Assembly (NCBI GenBank): GCA_046563655.1
Contig: CM102286.1
Location: forward strand, 11,470,001 to 11,534,000
Reading direction: 5' to 3'
Length of the DNA stretch: 64,000 bases
Source: Yuukianura sp. NJ FZ-2021
Taxonomy: Eukaryota
Shown here: in pieces, positions 25,362-35,073 of the stretch
How positions within the stretch are numbered: the first letter of the stretch is position 1
How the letters are laid out: each line of letters opens with the position of its first letter
Program-made: the position numbers and the translations under genes
Notes under the pieces: generated by a model
Databases searched by the model: none
Told to the model about the DNA's origin: nothing
What the model saw: the letters and a program-made list of their open reading frames with translations, nothing else

Positions 25362-26987
25362 CTATGACCTAGTATTGGAAGTATTGCTAAGGGGCTGGAT
25401 TTCCAAGGCATCCGAGACTTGTTCAGCCGTAATTTTGAATGTAGGCTTCATCTTCTTCAGCTGCATTACCCGAAATACCAAAAATCCAGAAGCGATGATC
25501 AGTCCGATCATAATTAATCCAATCAAAATTCCCATCCAGGCATTTTCTTTCCAGTACAAGCCGTGGGAAGAGATTTCGCGGTCATTGGTATCCTCTATTG
25601 GGCGTTGTTTTTCCAATTCAGAAAGGCCACTCTCTTCCATAAGCTGAGTTATGTTGAGTGTGGGTTCCAAATGCCAATTTGCATGAGTCGTAAAAATGGG
25701 ATCCAGTTTTTCCTTTTCGGTTAGGTCCAAGGTAGATGCCAAATACCGGAAGTCATTGATTTTGAATTCAGTCATCCTGGATAGCAGAAAAACTTCATCT
25801 GGACAGTCTCGCTTCTTTCCTGCAATTTCAATCTGATTGCCAGAACAATAAATAAAATTGTTTCCTCCCATAGTTTTGACTTGAATAAAATCAATGGCAT
25901 CATTTTTACGGTATGGAAGACATCGATCTACTGCGAAATATTTGGACGTTTGAGGCAGGTCATCAGACGCCAAACATTTGTGTTCCGGGGCAAGTATGAG
26001 GTCATCCTTGTCTGTATAACGAACGTTGATGTCATAGACGCAATCCTCTTTCAATGAAATAATTGCATTTTCTGGTCCAGTGTAATGGATGGTGCAGGTG
26101 AGATTGTTGATCACCTTCCGGAGAAAGAACGGTTCCGCTTTCACCAAAACCAAATCATGATCTATGACTGGAACGGTGAATTCCATGTACAAATTTTCTT
26201 TTTTCAGATCCAAATGACATTGTTTTGGATTTCCAAGGTCAATTGGACATTTCTTCTCACACGGAAGAGAATAATTCAGAAAATCGAAAAATGGCGAATG
26301 CATGGAATTAAAATCCCATTTTCGATGTGCTTCCTTCACGATGTGATTTCCAATGACCAATCTTGATGAGATGTAGGAGACAATAAAATTTGTGTCAATG
26401 GATTTTGTTTTCAATTTGATAAGATCATTTTCAATTTTCTGAACATCGTCAGCAAGTCCAGTTGAAAATTTCATTAAGGCCTCGATCGCCTTATCATGAA
26501 ACTCAGCAAGTTTTTGTTGGCGTTTGATTTCAAGGTCTTGTTGAGCCAAAATTTCTGAAACAGTTTGAATTTGACCTTGAGCTTGAACAGCAGTAACGAC
26601 ACCCGCCACGCCAAGTCCAAAGCTGGCTAAGATGGTGGCTGTAATTGCTCCCAAAATGAAAACAAAAATTCCTCTTTTTGATACCTGATGAAGATCAGTC
26701 AGCAATTTTGGTGGACAAAATTTTTCCATCTCCGAAATAAAAAGTTTTTCGTAAATTTCTGTGCATCTTATTTTTGCCATTTGAAGTAAGTCCGGGTGAA
26801 TCATCTCAGTCGTCAGCAAGTCACAAGGACGTGTGAACTGAAATAGAAGACGAACCTCATTGACCCCCTGGATGACCGGGACATTCGTTTTTGTCCAAAG
26901 AACGAACTGAGGTTTCTGCATTCCAATTGGATCTGTTTGAGGAATTCCAGCGGCGACAAGCATCAGAAAAAGTAAAACTTTTGCAAA
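25362..26987 (-). CDS. env: Env-like class I fusion glycoprotein region (~540 aa) fused to the Pol C-terminus
   Basis: Hydrophobic signal-like FAKVLLFLMLVAAG (26946-26987). ~90 aa later VSKR|GIFVFILGAITATILASFGLGVAGVVTAV (cut at 26673/26672), then a heptad-like helix, a Cys-rich region, N-x-S/T sequons (NYS, NLT, NIT), TM WMGILIGLIMIGLIIASGFLVF (~25472-25538) and a short tail. Confidence 0.8.
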   Translation of the reverse strand, partial: FAKVLLFLMLVAAGIPQTDPIGMQKPQFVLWTKTNVPVIQGVNEVRLLFQFTRPCDLLTTEMIHPDLLQMAKIRCTEIYEKLFISEMEKFCPPKLLTDLHQVSKRGIFVFILGAITATILASFGLGVAGVVTAVQAQGQIQTVSEILAQQDLEIKRQQKLAEFHDKAIEALMKFSTGLADDVQKIENDLIKLKTKSIDTNFIVSYISSRLVIGNHIVKEAHRKWDFNSMHSPFFDFLNYSLPCEKKCPIDLGNPKQCHLDLKKENLYMEFTVPVIDHDLVLVKAEPFFLRKVINNLTCTIHYTGPENAIISLKEDCVYDINVRYTDKDDLILAPEHKCLASDDLPQTSKYFAVDRCLPYRKNDAIDFIQVKTMGGNNFIYCSGNQIEIAGKKRDCPDEVFLLSRMTEFKINDFRYLASTLDLTEKEKLDPIFTTHANWHLEPTLNITQLMEESGLSELEKQRPIEDTNDREISSHGLYWKENAWMGILIGLIMIGLIIASGFLVFRVMQLKKMKPTFKITAEQVSDALEIQPLSNTSNTRS

Positions 26988-28380
26988 ATTGCTTGAATTT
27001 CCAGAAGCATTTTTCGGTGTTTGCGACCGATTGGTTAGTCCACTCATTCTCTTCATGTCCTCAAATTTTGATTTTGAAAGAGGTTTTGTGAGAAAATCAG
27101 CTTTCTGATTGTCCGTAGAGACGTAGCTGATTTTAATTTTTCTGTTTTCAACCAATTCTCGAGTGTAATGATAACGCACATCAATGTGCTTGGTGCGGCT
27201 GTGGAACTCGGGATTATGTGCCAATTTAATGGCACTCTGATTGTCCAAATTCAATTCAATTGGATCTTCTTGTGTAATTCCAATTTCTGAAGCCAGTCCA
27301 TTCAACCAAACAGCTTCTCTTGCAGCGCTTGAGAGAGAAATGTACTCAGCTTCGCTGGAGGAACATGCAACAATGGGTTGTTTTTGGCTCATCCATGACA
27401 GTGGAGAATTGTTAGCAAAAAATATAAATCCAGAAGTAGACTTTCGATCCGAATGATCTCCGGCGTAGTCGGAATCGCAAAATCCAGAAATTGTTAAATT
27501 CCTTCCTGATTCATACGTAATGCTCGTGTCCTTCGTTCCGCTGAGGTAGCGAAGAACATTTTTTGCAGCAATCCAATGTTTTTCGTTAAATCCAGACAAA
27601 AATTGTGATAATTTGCTCACAGCAAATGAAATGTCAGGGCGCGTGCATTTTGCCAAAAATAACAACGAGCCAATTAATTGGCGAAATGGGATTCCCTCTG
27701 CTTCTCCTTGGACTGAGGGTAGTTCACAGCCCGGTGACATTGGAATTGTTTTTGGCTTGCATTCCGTCATATTAAATTTCTCAAGGACGTCTGATAAGTA
27801 GCCGCTCTGATGAACGGTGATTGAACCCTCTTCACTTCTGCAAAGTTCCAAGCCAACAAATCTCTTTGGATCATTCTCAACTGTGATCTCAAATTGAGAT
27901 TTTAGAAATTCCAGAAGTTCCAGGGATTCTTTTTCACTGCTGCTGGCAATTAGTCCATCATCGACATAAATTGCCAAAAGTATGATTTCATTTCCGGACT
28001 GGCGAAAGTACAAGGAGGGATCATACTTGCTTTGAATCATGCTGACTTTCTCCAGAGCCTCTTTCACCTTCTCGCTCCAGCAGCGTGGAGCTTGTTTAAG
28101 TCCGTAAAGACTTTTATTCAGTTTGCAGACTTCGTCGGATCCATTTTCAAAACCTTCTGGTTGTCTCATGAAGATGATCTCTTCCAAATCTCCATTTAGA
28201 AATGCAGTTTTGACATCAAATTGTGTCAATTTCAAATTTTGAGAACTCGCAAGCGCCAGAAGCATTCGAATGGTTTCGTATCGGCACACAGATGAAAAGG
28301 TCTCATTGTAGTCAATCCCATATTTCTGCCGGTAACCCTTAATTACCAACCTGGCCTTGAACTTGTCGATTTCTCCGTTA
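25362..28380 (-). CDS. pol: Copia reverse transcriptase + RNase H, continuing in frame into an Env-like protein
   Basis: RT motifs: FKARLVIKGYRQKYGIDYNETFS, QFDVKTAFLNG, LNKSLYGLKQAPRCW, IYVDD, TRPDISFAV. RNase H motifs: DSDYAGD..RKSTSG, SSSEAEY, DNQSAI, TKHIDVRYH, ADFLTK. There is no stop until 25362. Confidence 0.95.
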
Positions 28381-31065
28381 GGTTTTCTTTACTTTGTAAA
28401 CCCAGCGATTTTCCAAAATCCTCATTTTCGGAATTTTTGGTACCAGTGTCCAAGTGCTATTTTTAGCATGACTTTCCATTTCATCAGTCATGGCCTTCAT
28501 CCATTCGTCCTTCTCAGGGGAAGCCAAGGCTTCAGTGTATGAATGTGGGTCCATGATGTTCATAGCAGCCTTTGCCTGGTAATATTCTGGCTTTGAAAGC
28601 GAGGAACGATCTCTCAAGGTCATGTGATGCAACTTCTCCACAACAGAATTTGGAAGATTGGCTACGTATTGTCCATCAACCTTCGAAATTGTCAATTTGA
28701 CTCCTTGCTTTTCGACATCCGTTTTTGAATTCTGAATTTCAACTTCATCTTCGTCAGACACTTCAGTTATTATGGGCTCGGTGTCCTTGACCTCTTCCTT
28801 CGTGATGTCATTCATCGGCAATGGAATTAAAATTCCGTTGCTCTTAGGTTTCTTTTCAACGAAACTGACATTACGACCAAAGACAATCTGACGTGACTCA
28901 GCATCGTACAGTCTGTACTTTTTGACTGATAGTGAGTCATAGCCAACCAAGGTTAGTTTTTTCGACTTTGAGTCCCAAACTTTTCTCTGTTGTTTAGGAA
29001 CATGGGAGAAAGCTTTACTCCCAAAAATCCGAACATGACCGAGGAACGGCTTTCTTCCAAAAATCCTTTCAAACGGTGTTTTCTCTGGACTCTGTTTGTT
29101 AATTAGTCGGTTTCTGATATAAACAGCATTAGCAATGGCTTCCCCCCAAAGATATTCTGGAAGCTTGCTCTGCTGAAGCAGTGTCCTTGCAGTGTCCTTC
29201 AAAATTCGGACATGTCTCTCTGCCCTGCCATTTGATTCAGGACAGTAGGGAACAGTCTTCTCATGTGCAATACCTTCCTTAGAAAAGAAATCTTCCAAGG
29301 TGGAATTCACATACTCTGTCCCGTTGTCACTGCGCATGACCTTCAACTTTTGTCCTGTTTGCCTTTCCATGAACTTAATGTGTTCAATGACCACGTTTGG
29401 AATTTGGTTTTTCGTGGATACAAAACTGACATTGACAAAGCCAGTACAGTCATCCACAAAAACAATGAAGTAATTAGCACCTCCGATTGAGGTCACTGGC
29501 ATTTTACCAGCAGTATCAACGTGCATCATTTCGCCCGGTTTTGTGTTTCTACGGGCAACCGGCGGAAAAGGCTGACGGGCTTGTTTTCCCATGTCACATT
29601 TTGAGCAGTGAAAATCAGTCGAAATTTGATCAATTGGAATTCCAGAAATAGCTCCACTTGCAATCGAATTCTTGATGTAAATAGGATTCACATGAGCCAA
29701 TCGTTTGTGCCAAATTTTTCCAATTGAAGATTTTGAGATGAGGGCATTGACCTGTTGAACTGGTCGAAACCTCATGACGAACATGTTATTCTCAAGGGTG
29801 CTCACAGGACCGAGAACACCGTCTGAAGTCCAAAACTTTGTACCGTGTTTGTTTCTAGTGACCTTGAACCCTTTCTGAACCATAACAGATTCGGAGAAGA
29901 GATTTGTTGCTCCTGGTATGTATAAAACATTTTCCAAGGTAACTAGATCCCAATTGTTTCCAATCAAAGCTTCCAATTGTACTGTTCCATGACCAACTGC
30001 TTGAGCAGTACTAGAATCAGTCAAGTAAACTGACCTCGGCATCTCAAAAGCCATGTAGTCAATGAACCATTGCTTGACTCCGGTGATGTGCTGATTGGCA
30101 CCCGAGTCGGCGTACCATACAGCCTTGGAATCTTTTTGAAGGTCAGTTTGTAATTCATCGTCCGAAAAATCTTCATATTTTTCATCCATAACCATAAATG
30201 CATGAAGGGAGTCTTTTGAACCAGAAGCTCCCTTATCAGAATCTCGTTTTTCAGAATTTTCAGAAAAATTTCTGTTGGAGGGTGGACAACGACAATCAAC
30301 CTTCCAATGACCAATTTTCCCGCAATTTCTGCATCTTGACTTCGCTTTCTTTTGATCCAAGTCACTGTAATTTTTTCGTTGACCTTTTCCTTTGTCCTTC
30401 GAAAAATCTTTCTTCTGAGTTTTGGGATCATTTGTGGAGAAAGCAGTGCTTTTACCACTCTTCCCTGAAGACTCATCTGCAACCTTTTGATCCAAATCTT
30501 CCTTTTTGAATCTTGCAAGGAGCATTACCATCGTCTGTGAATCAGCAGGAACGCTGTCCCACGATTTCTTCAAAATTCGATACTTAGGCTCAGGAAGTGC
30601 TGAGACCAATCTGGCAACAACAGTGGACTCATCCAGATTTGTTCCAATTTCTGTCAATGACATCCAAATTTGTTCCATTTCTCCAAAAGCCTCAACAAGC
30701 TTCTGATTAGGAGAAATCGAATAATTGAAGAATGAAGCCAGCGTCTGATTTTTGTTGACAACACTAGCATCAGAATTCAAATCTCTGAGCTTAGTGTAAA
30801 TTTCGCTTGAAGTGGAACATCCATAAATATGAGCAGTTTGACTGGCGGACAATGTTGGAACAATAAGGGCTTGAGCCTGAATATCCTGCTCATCCCACTT
30901 TGTCTGAGCATCTCCGACAGCTTCCGGTCTTGGCTTAGTACCATTTACAATATCCCAAAGCTTCATAGCCTTTAGGATTAAGCCAATCTGAAGTTTCCAT
31001 CGAATATAGTTGGAACCATCCAATTTCACGACATTCTTCATGTCGAAAATTGATTTTGAATCCAT
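28378..31065 (-). CDS. gag-pol: Copia Gag-protease-integrase and the start of RT; frameshifted relative to the downstream RT frame
   Basis: KLDGSNYIRWK (copia Gag N-terminus), zinc knuckle CRNCGKIGHWKVDC, protease WYADSGA, WHKRLAH..CSKC, integrase HVDTAG / RSDNGTEY / SNGRAER, then W.KAMTDEMES..KNSTWTLV..RWVYKVK (RT N-terminus). Confidence 0.95.
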   Translation of the reverse strand: MDSKSIFDMKNVVKLDGSNYIRWKLQIGLILKAMKLWDIVNGTKPRPEAVGDAQTKWDEQDIQAQALIVPTLSASQTAHIYGCSTSSEIYTKLRDLNSDASVVNKNQTLASFFNYSISPNQKLVEAFGEMEQIWMSLTEIGTNLDESTVVARLVSALPEPKYRILKKSWDSVPADSQTMVMLLARFKKEDLDQKVADESSGKSGKSTAFSTNDPKTQKKDFSKDKGKGQRKNYSDLDQKKAKSRCRNCGKIGHWKVDCRCPPSNRNFSENSEKRDSDKGASGSKDSLHAFMVMDEKYEDFSDDELQTDLQKDSKAVWYADSGANQHITGVKQWFIDYMAFEMPRSVYLTDSSTAQAVGHGTVQLEALIGNNWDLVTLENVLYIPGATNLFSESVMVQKGFKVTRNKHGTKFWTSDGVLGPVSTLENNMFVMRFRPVQQVNALISKSSIGKIWHKRLAHVNPIYIKNSIASGAISGIPIDQISTDFHCSKCDMGKQARQPFPPVARRNTKPGEMMHVDTAGKMPVTSIGGANYFIVFVDDCTGFVNVSFVSTKNQIPNVVIEHIKFMERQTGQKLKVMRSDNGTEYVNSTLEDFFSKEGIAHEKTVPYCPESNGRAERHVRILKDTARTLLQQSKLPEYLWGEAIANAVYIRNRLINKQSPEKTPFERIFGRKPFLGHVRIFGSKAFSHVPKQQRKVWDSKSKKLTLVGYDSLSVKKYRLYDAESRQIVFGRNVSFVEKKPKSNGILIPLPMNDITKEEVKDTEPIITEVSDEDEVEIQNSKTDVEKQGVKLTISKVDGQYVANLPNSVVEKLHHMTLRDRSSLSKPEYYQAKAAMNIMDPHSYTEALASPEKDEWMKAMTDEMESHAKNSTWTLVPKIPKMRILENRWVYKVKKT

Positions 31066-31871
31066 TTTCCAAGGAATGTTGAAAAGACTCAGAACTTACA
31101 CAAAAATTCCTCACTGTATGCAATAAGACAGTTGAATTATTAACCATCAACAGCCCTCTTTAACGTGCTTACTCTAGGAAGCAGAGCGTGTGCGATCAAG
31201 AGAAAGGACTTTCACCGTACGGGTCACCTTCTTTCTCTCATCAATGTTCGATGCCCGAACCAGAGACTGGGCACAGAGGTGCACAAATGTTAAATTTCAA
31301 CTACTTACAACAGTGATTTCAAAAGTAAATCTGAGTTTTTCTGATTTTTGGGACTTTCACCCAAAAATCCGTGGATTCAAATATCGAACTTTCTCTCGCT
31401 TGATTCGACTGGGAGTGACCCCCAGAAGTGAGAACTAACGGGACTAGAACCCGAATTCAACTTTCTTTGGGATTGAACCCAAGTGCAAATGTTTTGGGAC
31501 TGAAACCCAAAATAAAATTGTTCTCAAAAAATCAAAGGTTTGTTTCGTACCTTCTGATCCAAAGTGAAAGTCCAAATTCACCTTCACTTCCAAAGTTCAA
31601 GCAGAAAAGTTCGTGAATTTTTTGTCACTTCAGTTTTTGAAGCACGATTTGTTCCAATACCTGGTGATTATAAACTCAGGAACTGTCTCATCATTCGTAA
31701 CTTTCACCAGTTTCACTACCCGGATAGGGTTGACAGTCACTATACGTCCAGACAAGTCACTGGGACAAGTTACGATCAAAGTTTCAAAGTTAAGATCTAA
31801 AAATCCTTTTGTTTCTTTGGACATGGAATCGAGATTCACTATTGAACCAAAACTGTATTTTGACGAACCTC

Positions 31872-31883
31872 CCTCTGCTACCA
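31872..31883 (-). promoter_or_regulatory. Primer-binding site complementary to the 3' end of initiator tRNA-Met
   Basis: The minus strand reads ...CTATCA-AT-TGGTAGCAGAGG. Animal tRNA-iMet ends ...CTCTGCTACCA. Confidence 0.88.
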
Positions 31884-31885
31884 AT

Positions 31886-32237
31886 TGATAGAATTACTTT
31901 AAGAATCATATGGTAATTCTAAATGGATCTTTTCGAGTTTTGGCAATAAGTGTGTTTTATTAAACTGAAATCCCGACTGAGAACAAATCGGTAGTACCCT
32001 TAGTTTTTAAACCAGGTCAACTCCGTAGTTCTAAAAGAATATTCTAGAAGGATTGAAATTGAATCATCCTTGGAAGATTCTGTGTCCTCCAAATCTTTCT
32101 GGAAGGAATCTTATCTTAATTGCGTTAACATAAATATTGTCACAAAAACAAAAGAAACGCTCCGAGTCGTGTAGACTCATTGAGCAAGGGCAGAAAAAAT
32201 GAAAAAGAGAATAAAGGTCAAAGATTGACCTCCTTCA
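31886..32237 (-). repeat. 5' LTR of the copia element (352 bp)
   Basis: TG...CA ends (TGAAGGAG...TTCTATCA), AATAAA on the minus strand at ~31956-31961, PBS 2 nt downstream, and the first 93 bp duplicated next to the PPT. Confidence 0.87.
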
Positions 32238-32939
32238 ACTCGCAAAAACCAGAAGTAAATGAGACCCTGTTTCTTTAATATAACAAATAAGGTTTTATCT
32301 TTACTCTAACCCAAAAGTTGGTTTTTTCCCATCTTCAAACTTGACTGAAAATTTTTGTATAAAAAATGGAAATGTACACGCGAGTTAAAGAGAAAACGTT
32401 TAGAATCCCCCTAAACATCTATGGACATGATCGCCTACCATCACCAAACCTGTTACAAAAGTCGATGACTATATGGTTTATGAACTTCTTTTCAAGCACC
32501 AGAATGATACATTGAACAGGTTCAAAGAAATATTCTAATCAGCTGGTTTTCAAAGTTATCGGACTACCATTCAACTCAACTATAAAAATTATGAGTTACC
32601 AGTTACAAAATTAGGTGATCGATGCATCGCGAACTACTTTCGTGGACGAATCAGTTGATCAGTTGAACACCGTTGACTCTGTTGATGTGTTTAATGTACT
32701 AGTATGAAAACAAAGGAACACGTAAAACTTGTACTTGCTTGAGTTCCGATTGAAGGGTTACGCTAAAGGTCGGATTCCTTTTAATGATTCCTATTTAATG
32801 AGGGGCGGACAGTGGCACGACGTATACCGCGGATTATTTACATCGACCTCATCGTATTTTAATGAAAAACAGGTGTTCAAACTTTGCAGAGTCGAAGGTT
32901 TAGTTGACGTTTTAGAAACTTAGAAAACATCCCTCATTT

Positions 32940-33695
32940 AAAACTTAAATATTACCCTCGGGTTGACCTGTTTTTGAAAATTCCAAAGGCCTGCAAAGTC
33001 TTATTTTTCATTTCCCCACACTTCCCCTGCATTTCCCCGGCTGGGGAAGTCACAGGGAAGAAATTCCGAGGAATTCGAAAAACTTAAAAAGGTACCCTCG
33101 GGTTGACCTGTGCACTTTTTCAAAATTCCAAAGTCCTACGAAGTCTTATTTTTCATTTCCCTACACTTCCCAAGCATTTCCCAGGCTTGGGAAGTTACAG
33201 GGAAGAAATTCAGAGGAATTCGAAAAACCTAAAATGCTACCCTCGGGTTGACCCGTGCACTTTTTCAAAATTCCAAAGTCCTACGAAGTCTTATTTTTCA
33301 TTTCCCTACACTTCCCAAGCATTTCCCCGGCTGGGGAAGTCACAGGGAAGAAATTCCGAGGAATTCGAAAAACTTAAAAAGGTACCCTCGGGTTGACCTG
33401 TGCACTTTTTCAAAATTCCAAAGTCCTACGAAGTCTTATTTTTCATTTCCCTACACTTCCCAAGCATTTCCCCGGCTGGGGAAGTCACAGGGAAGAAATT
33501 CAGAGGAATTCGAAAAACCTAAAATGCTACCCTCGGGTTGACCCGTGCACTTTTTCAAAATTCCAAAGTCCTACGAAGTCTTATTTTTCATTTCCCTACA
33601 CTTCCCAAGCATTTCCCCGGCTGGGGAAGTCACAGGGAAGAAATTCAGAGGATTCCCAAAAAAAAATCAGAGGATTCAGAAGACTAGTCAGACCC
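32940..33695. repeat. Right TIR: ~5 copies of the 145-bp unit plus unique tip
   Basis: accctcgggttgacc recurs at 32954, 33094, 33239, 33384 and 33529. The innermost copy is degenerate. Confidence 0.93.
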
Positions 33696-35073
33696 AATTG
33701 TAATTAAAGTTGGCTGCACCGTATTACACTTACTATGTTACTCTTAGCTATTGCTGGGTGTTCAGATAAAGGAGTGCTTTTGAATTGTACAACTTCATTT
33801 GAAATATGGCTTACCCTACGGCTTGTCGTATAGCAAGTCAGTTTAATCCCGAAATTCAAAATGAGTTACCGATAACTCATTTCGTATGGGTATGGGCTAT
33901 ACGATTCATGTTCAAAAGCTACTCTACTATTTTCCACCACACACCCCCATGAGTAATAATTATAATTAAACATCAAAGTGTCTGACCCGCTCCGTTTAGC
34001 TACTTATCAAGGATTGTATTTTTGTTTTTATTTGATATAACTATTTGATACAAACTAAGCCTTACGTACATTATACTACAGGTTATAATTTATAATTAAT
34101 ATTTATAACTTATAATCGAGCGGCACCCTAATTTCCAACTGAATAAATTGTAGTTAATTGTGTTGTAGATATCTGGTGCCTATCCTTATTGAAAACATTT
34201 GAATTGCACTTCACTTTTTTCGCTTCAACAAGGTTTTGATTATGGAAGCTTTCCAGTTTTCGGCTTCGTTCAGATTTTCTGCCACAACTTCCCATTGACC
34301 AAATATTTCTGGAGGTGTCCTCAGGTAAGGACACCTCGGAATAACGATATTCCGAGATATTGGGCGTTAACCTAGTGCGATTGTCAGATCGAAATTGACA
34401 GTATACATCGAAGGTTGAGAAACATAATACGGAATGGTGTGGAGGTAGGTCAAATCTAGCTACAGATTCTGTAGAATCTTGCCTAGCCTAACTAAAAGTA
34501 ACTCACATTTTATTTTCTTCGACGGAATAAATTGGCATTTATTTTAATATTTTTGAATTTAATTTACTTTAATCGAGGGCAATTAATTTTTCTCATAGAG
34601 TTTGGTTGAATAAATGAATTAGAGTTGGCTGGTTTAAACTAATTTTGCACGAAAATTCACAACTATATTTTTCACCTTGCCATTCTCACAAAGAAAAACG
34701 AAAGATTAAACTGCTCATTGCAGTAGAACTTTGGACGTACTTGAGCTCGAGTGGTGAAATAATAAATTTTGAACGGAAAATGCCGAAATTTGGACCTGTT
34801 GTTGGATTTCAAATCACAGCAATTCTCCGTCCGGCGTTCATCTGTGTGTTGTTTTGAAGCAAAACAAAATCATATGATAAACGAAGTGGAGACCAAATAA
34901 AACAGTACATAGTAAAATGTTTGTGTCAAACAGATTAAAATTAAGTGTATCCTACTTTTCTTTTACAACTTTTTCAGTTTTGTAAAAGCCGTTCGTGAAT
35001 GTAAAGTGATTGGTAAAATTCAGTTTTTCATGGCTTAAGTAACCAAGTTGTTGAACAATCAACTAACTGAGTT

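Larger units (their letters stand above)
25247..32237 (-). mobile_element. Ty1/copia LTR retrotransposon with env-like extension; 3' LTR truncated
   Basis: Domain order Gag-ZnK-PR-IN-RT-RH is diagnostic of copia. 5' LTR 31886-32237, PBS 31872-31883, PPT 25340-25350, 3' LTR remnant 25247-25339. Confidence 0.95.
21108..33695. mobile_element. Foldback-type Mutator-like (MULE) DNA transposon, 12.6 kb, containing nested LTR elements; no transposase visible
   Basis: Termini GGGTCTGACTAGTCTTCTGAATCCTCTGATTTTTTT (21108) and its reverse complement ending at 33695. An exact 9-bp TSD AATTGTAAT lies at 21099-21107 and 33696-33704. The long TIRs are made of tandem repeats. Confidence 0.88.

Noticed and set aside
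31630..31884. 84-aa ORF upstream of gag
   Set aside because: It starts at the TTG overlapping the PBS and has no recognisable motif. It cannot be supported as a gene, though a leader ORF is not excluded.
33103..33707. Repeated ~97-aa ORFs here and at 20997-21470
   Set aside because: Chance frames through the 145-bp TIR units.
34128..34480. Open minus-strand frame of ~115 codons between the MULE and SMOC
   Set aside because: No domain motif and no consistent start or splice model found.
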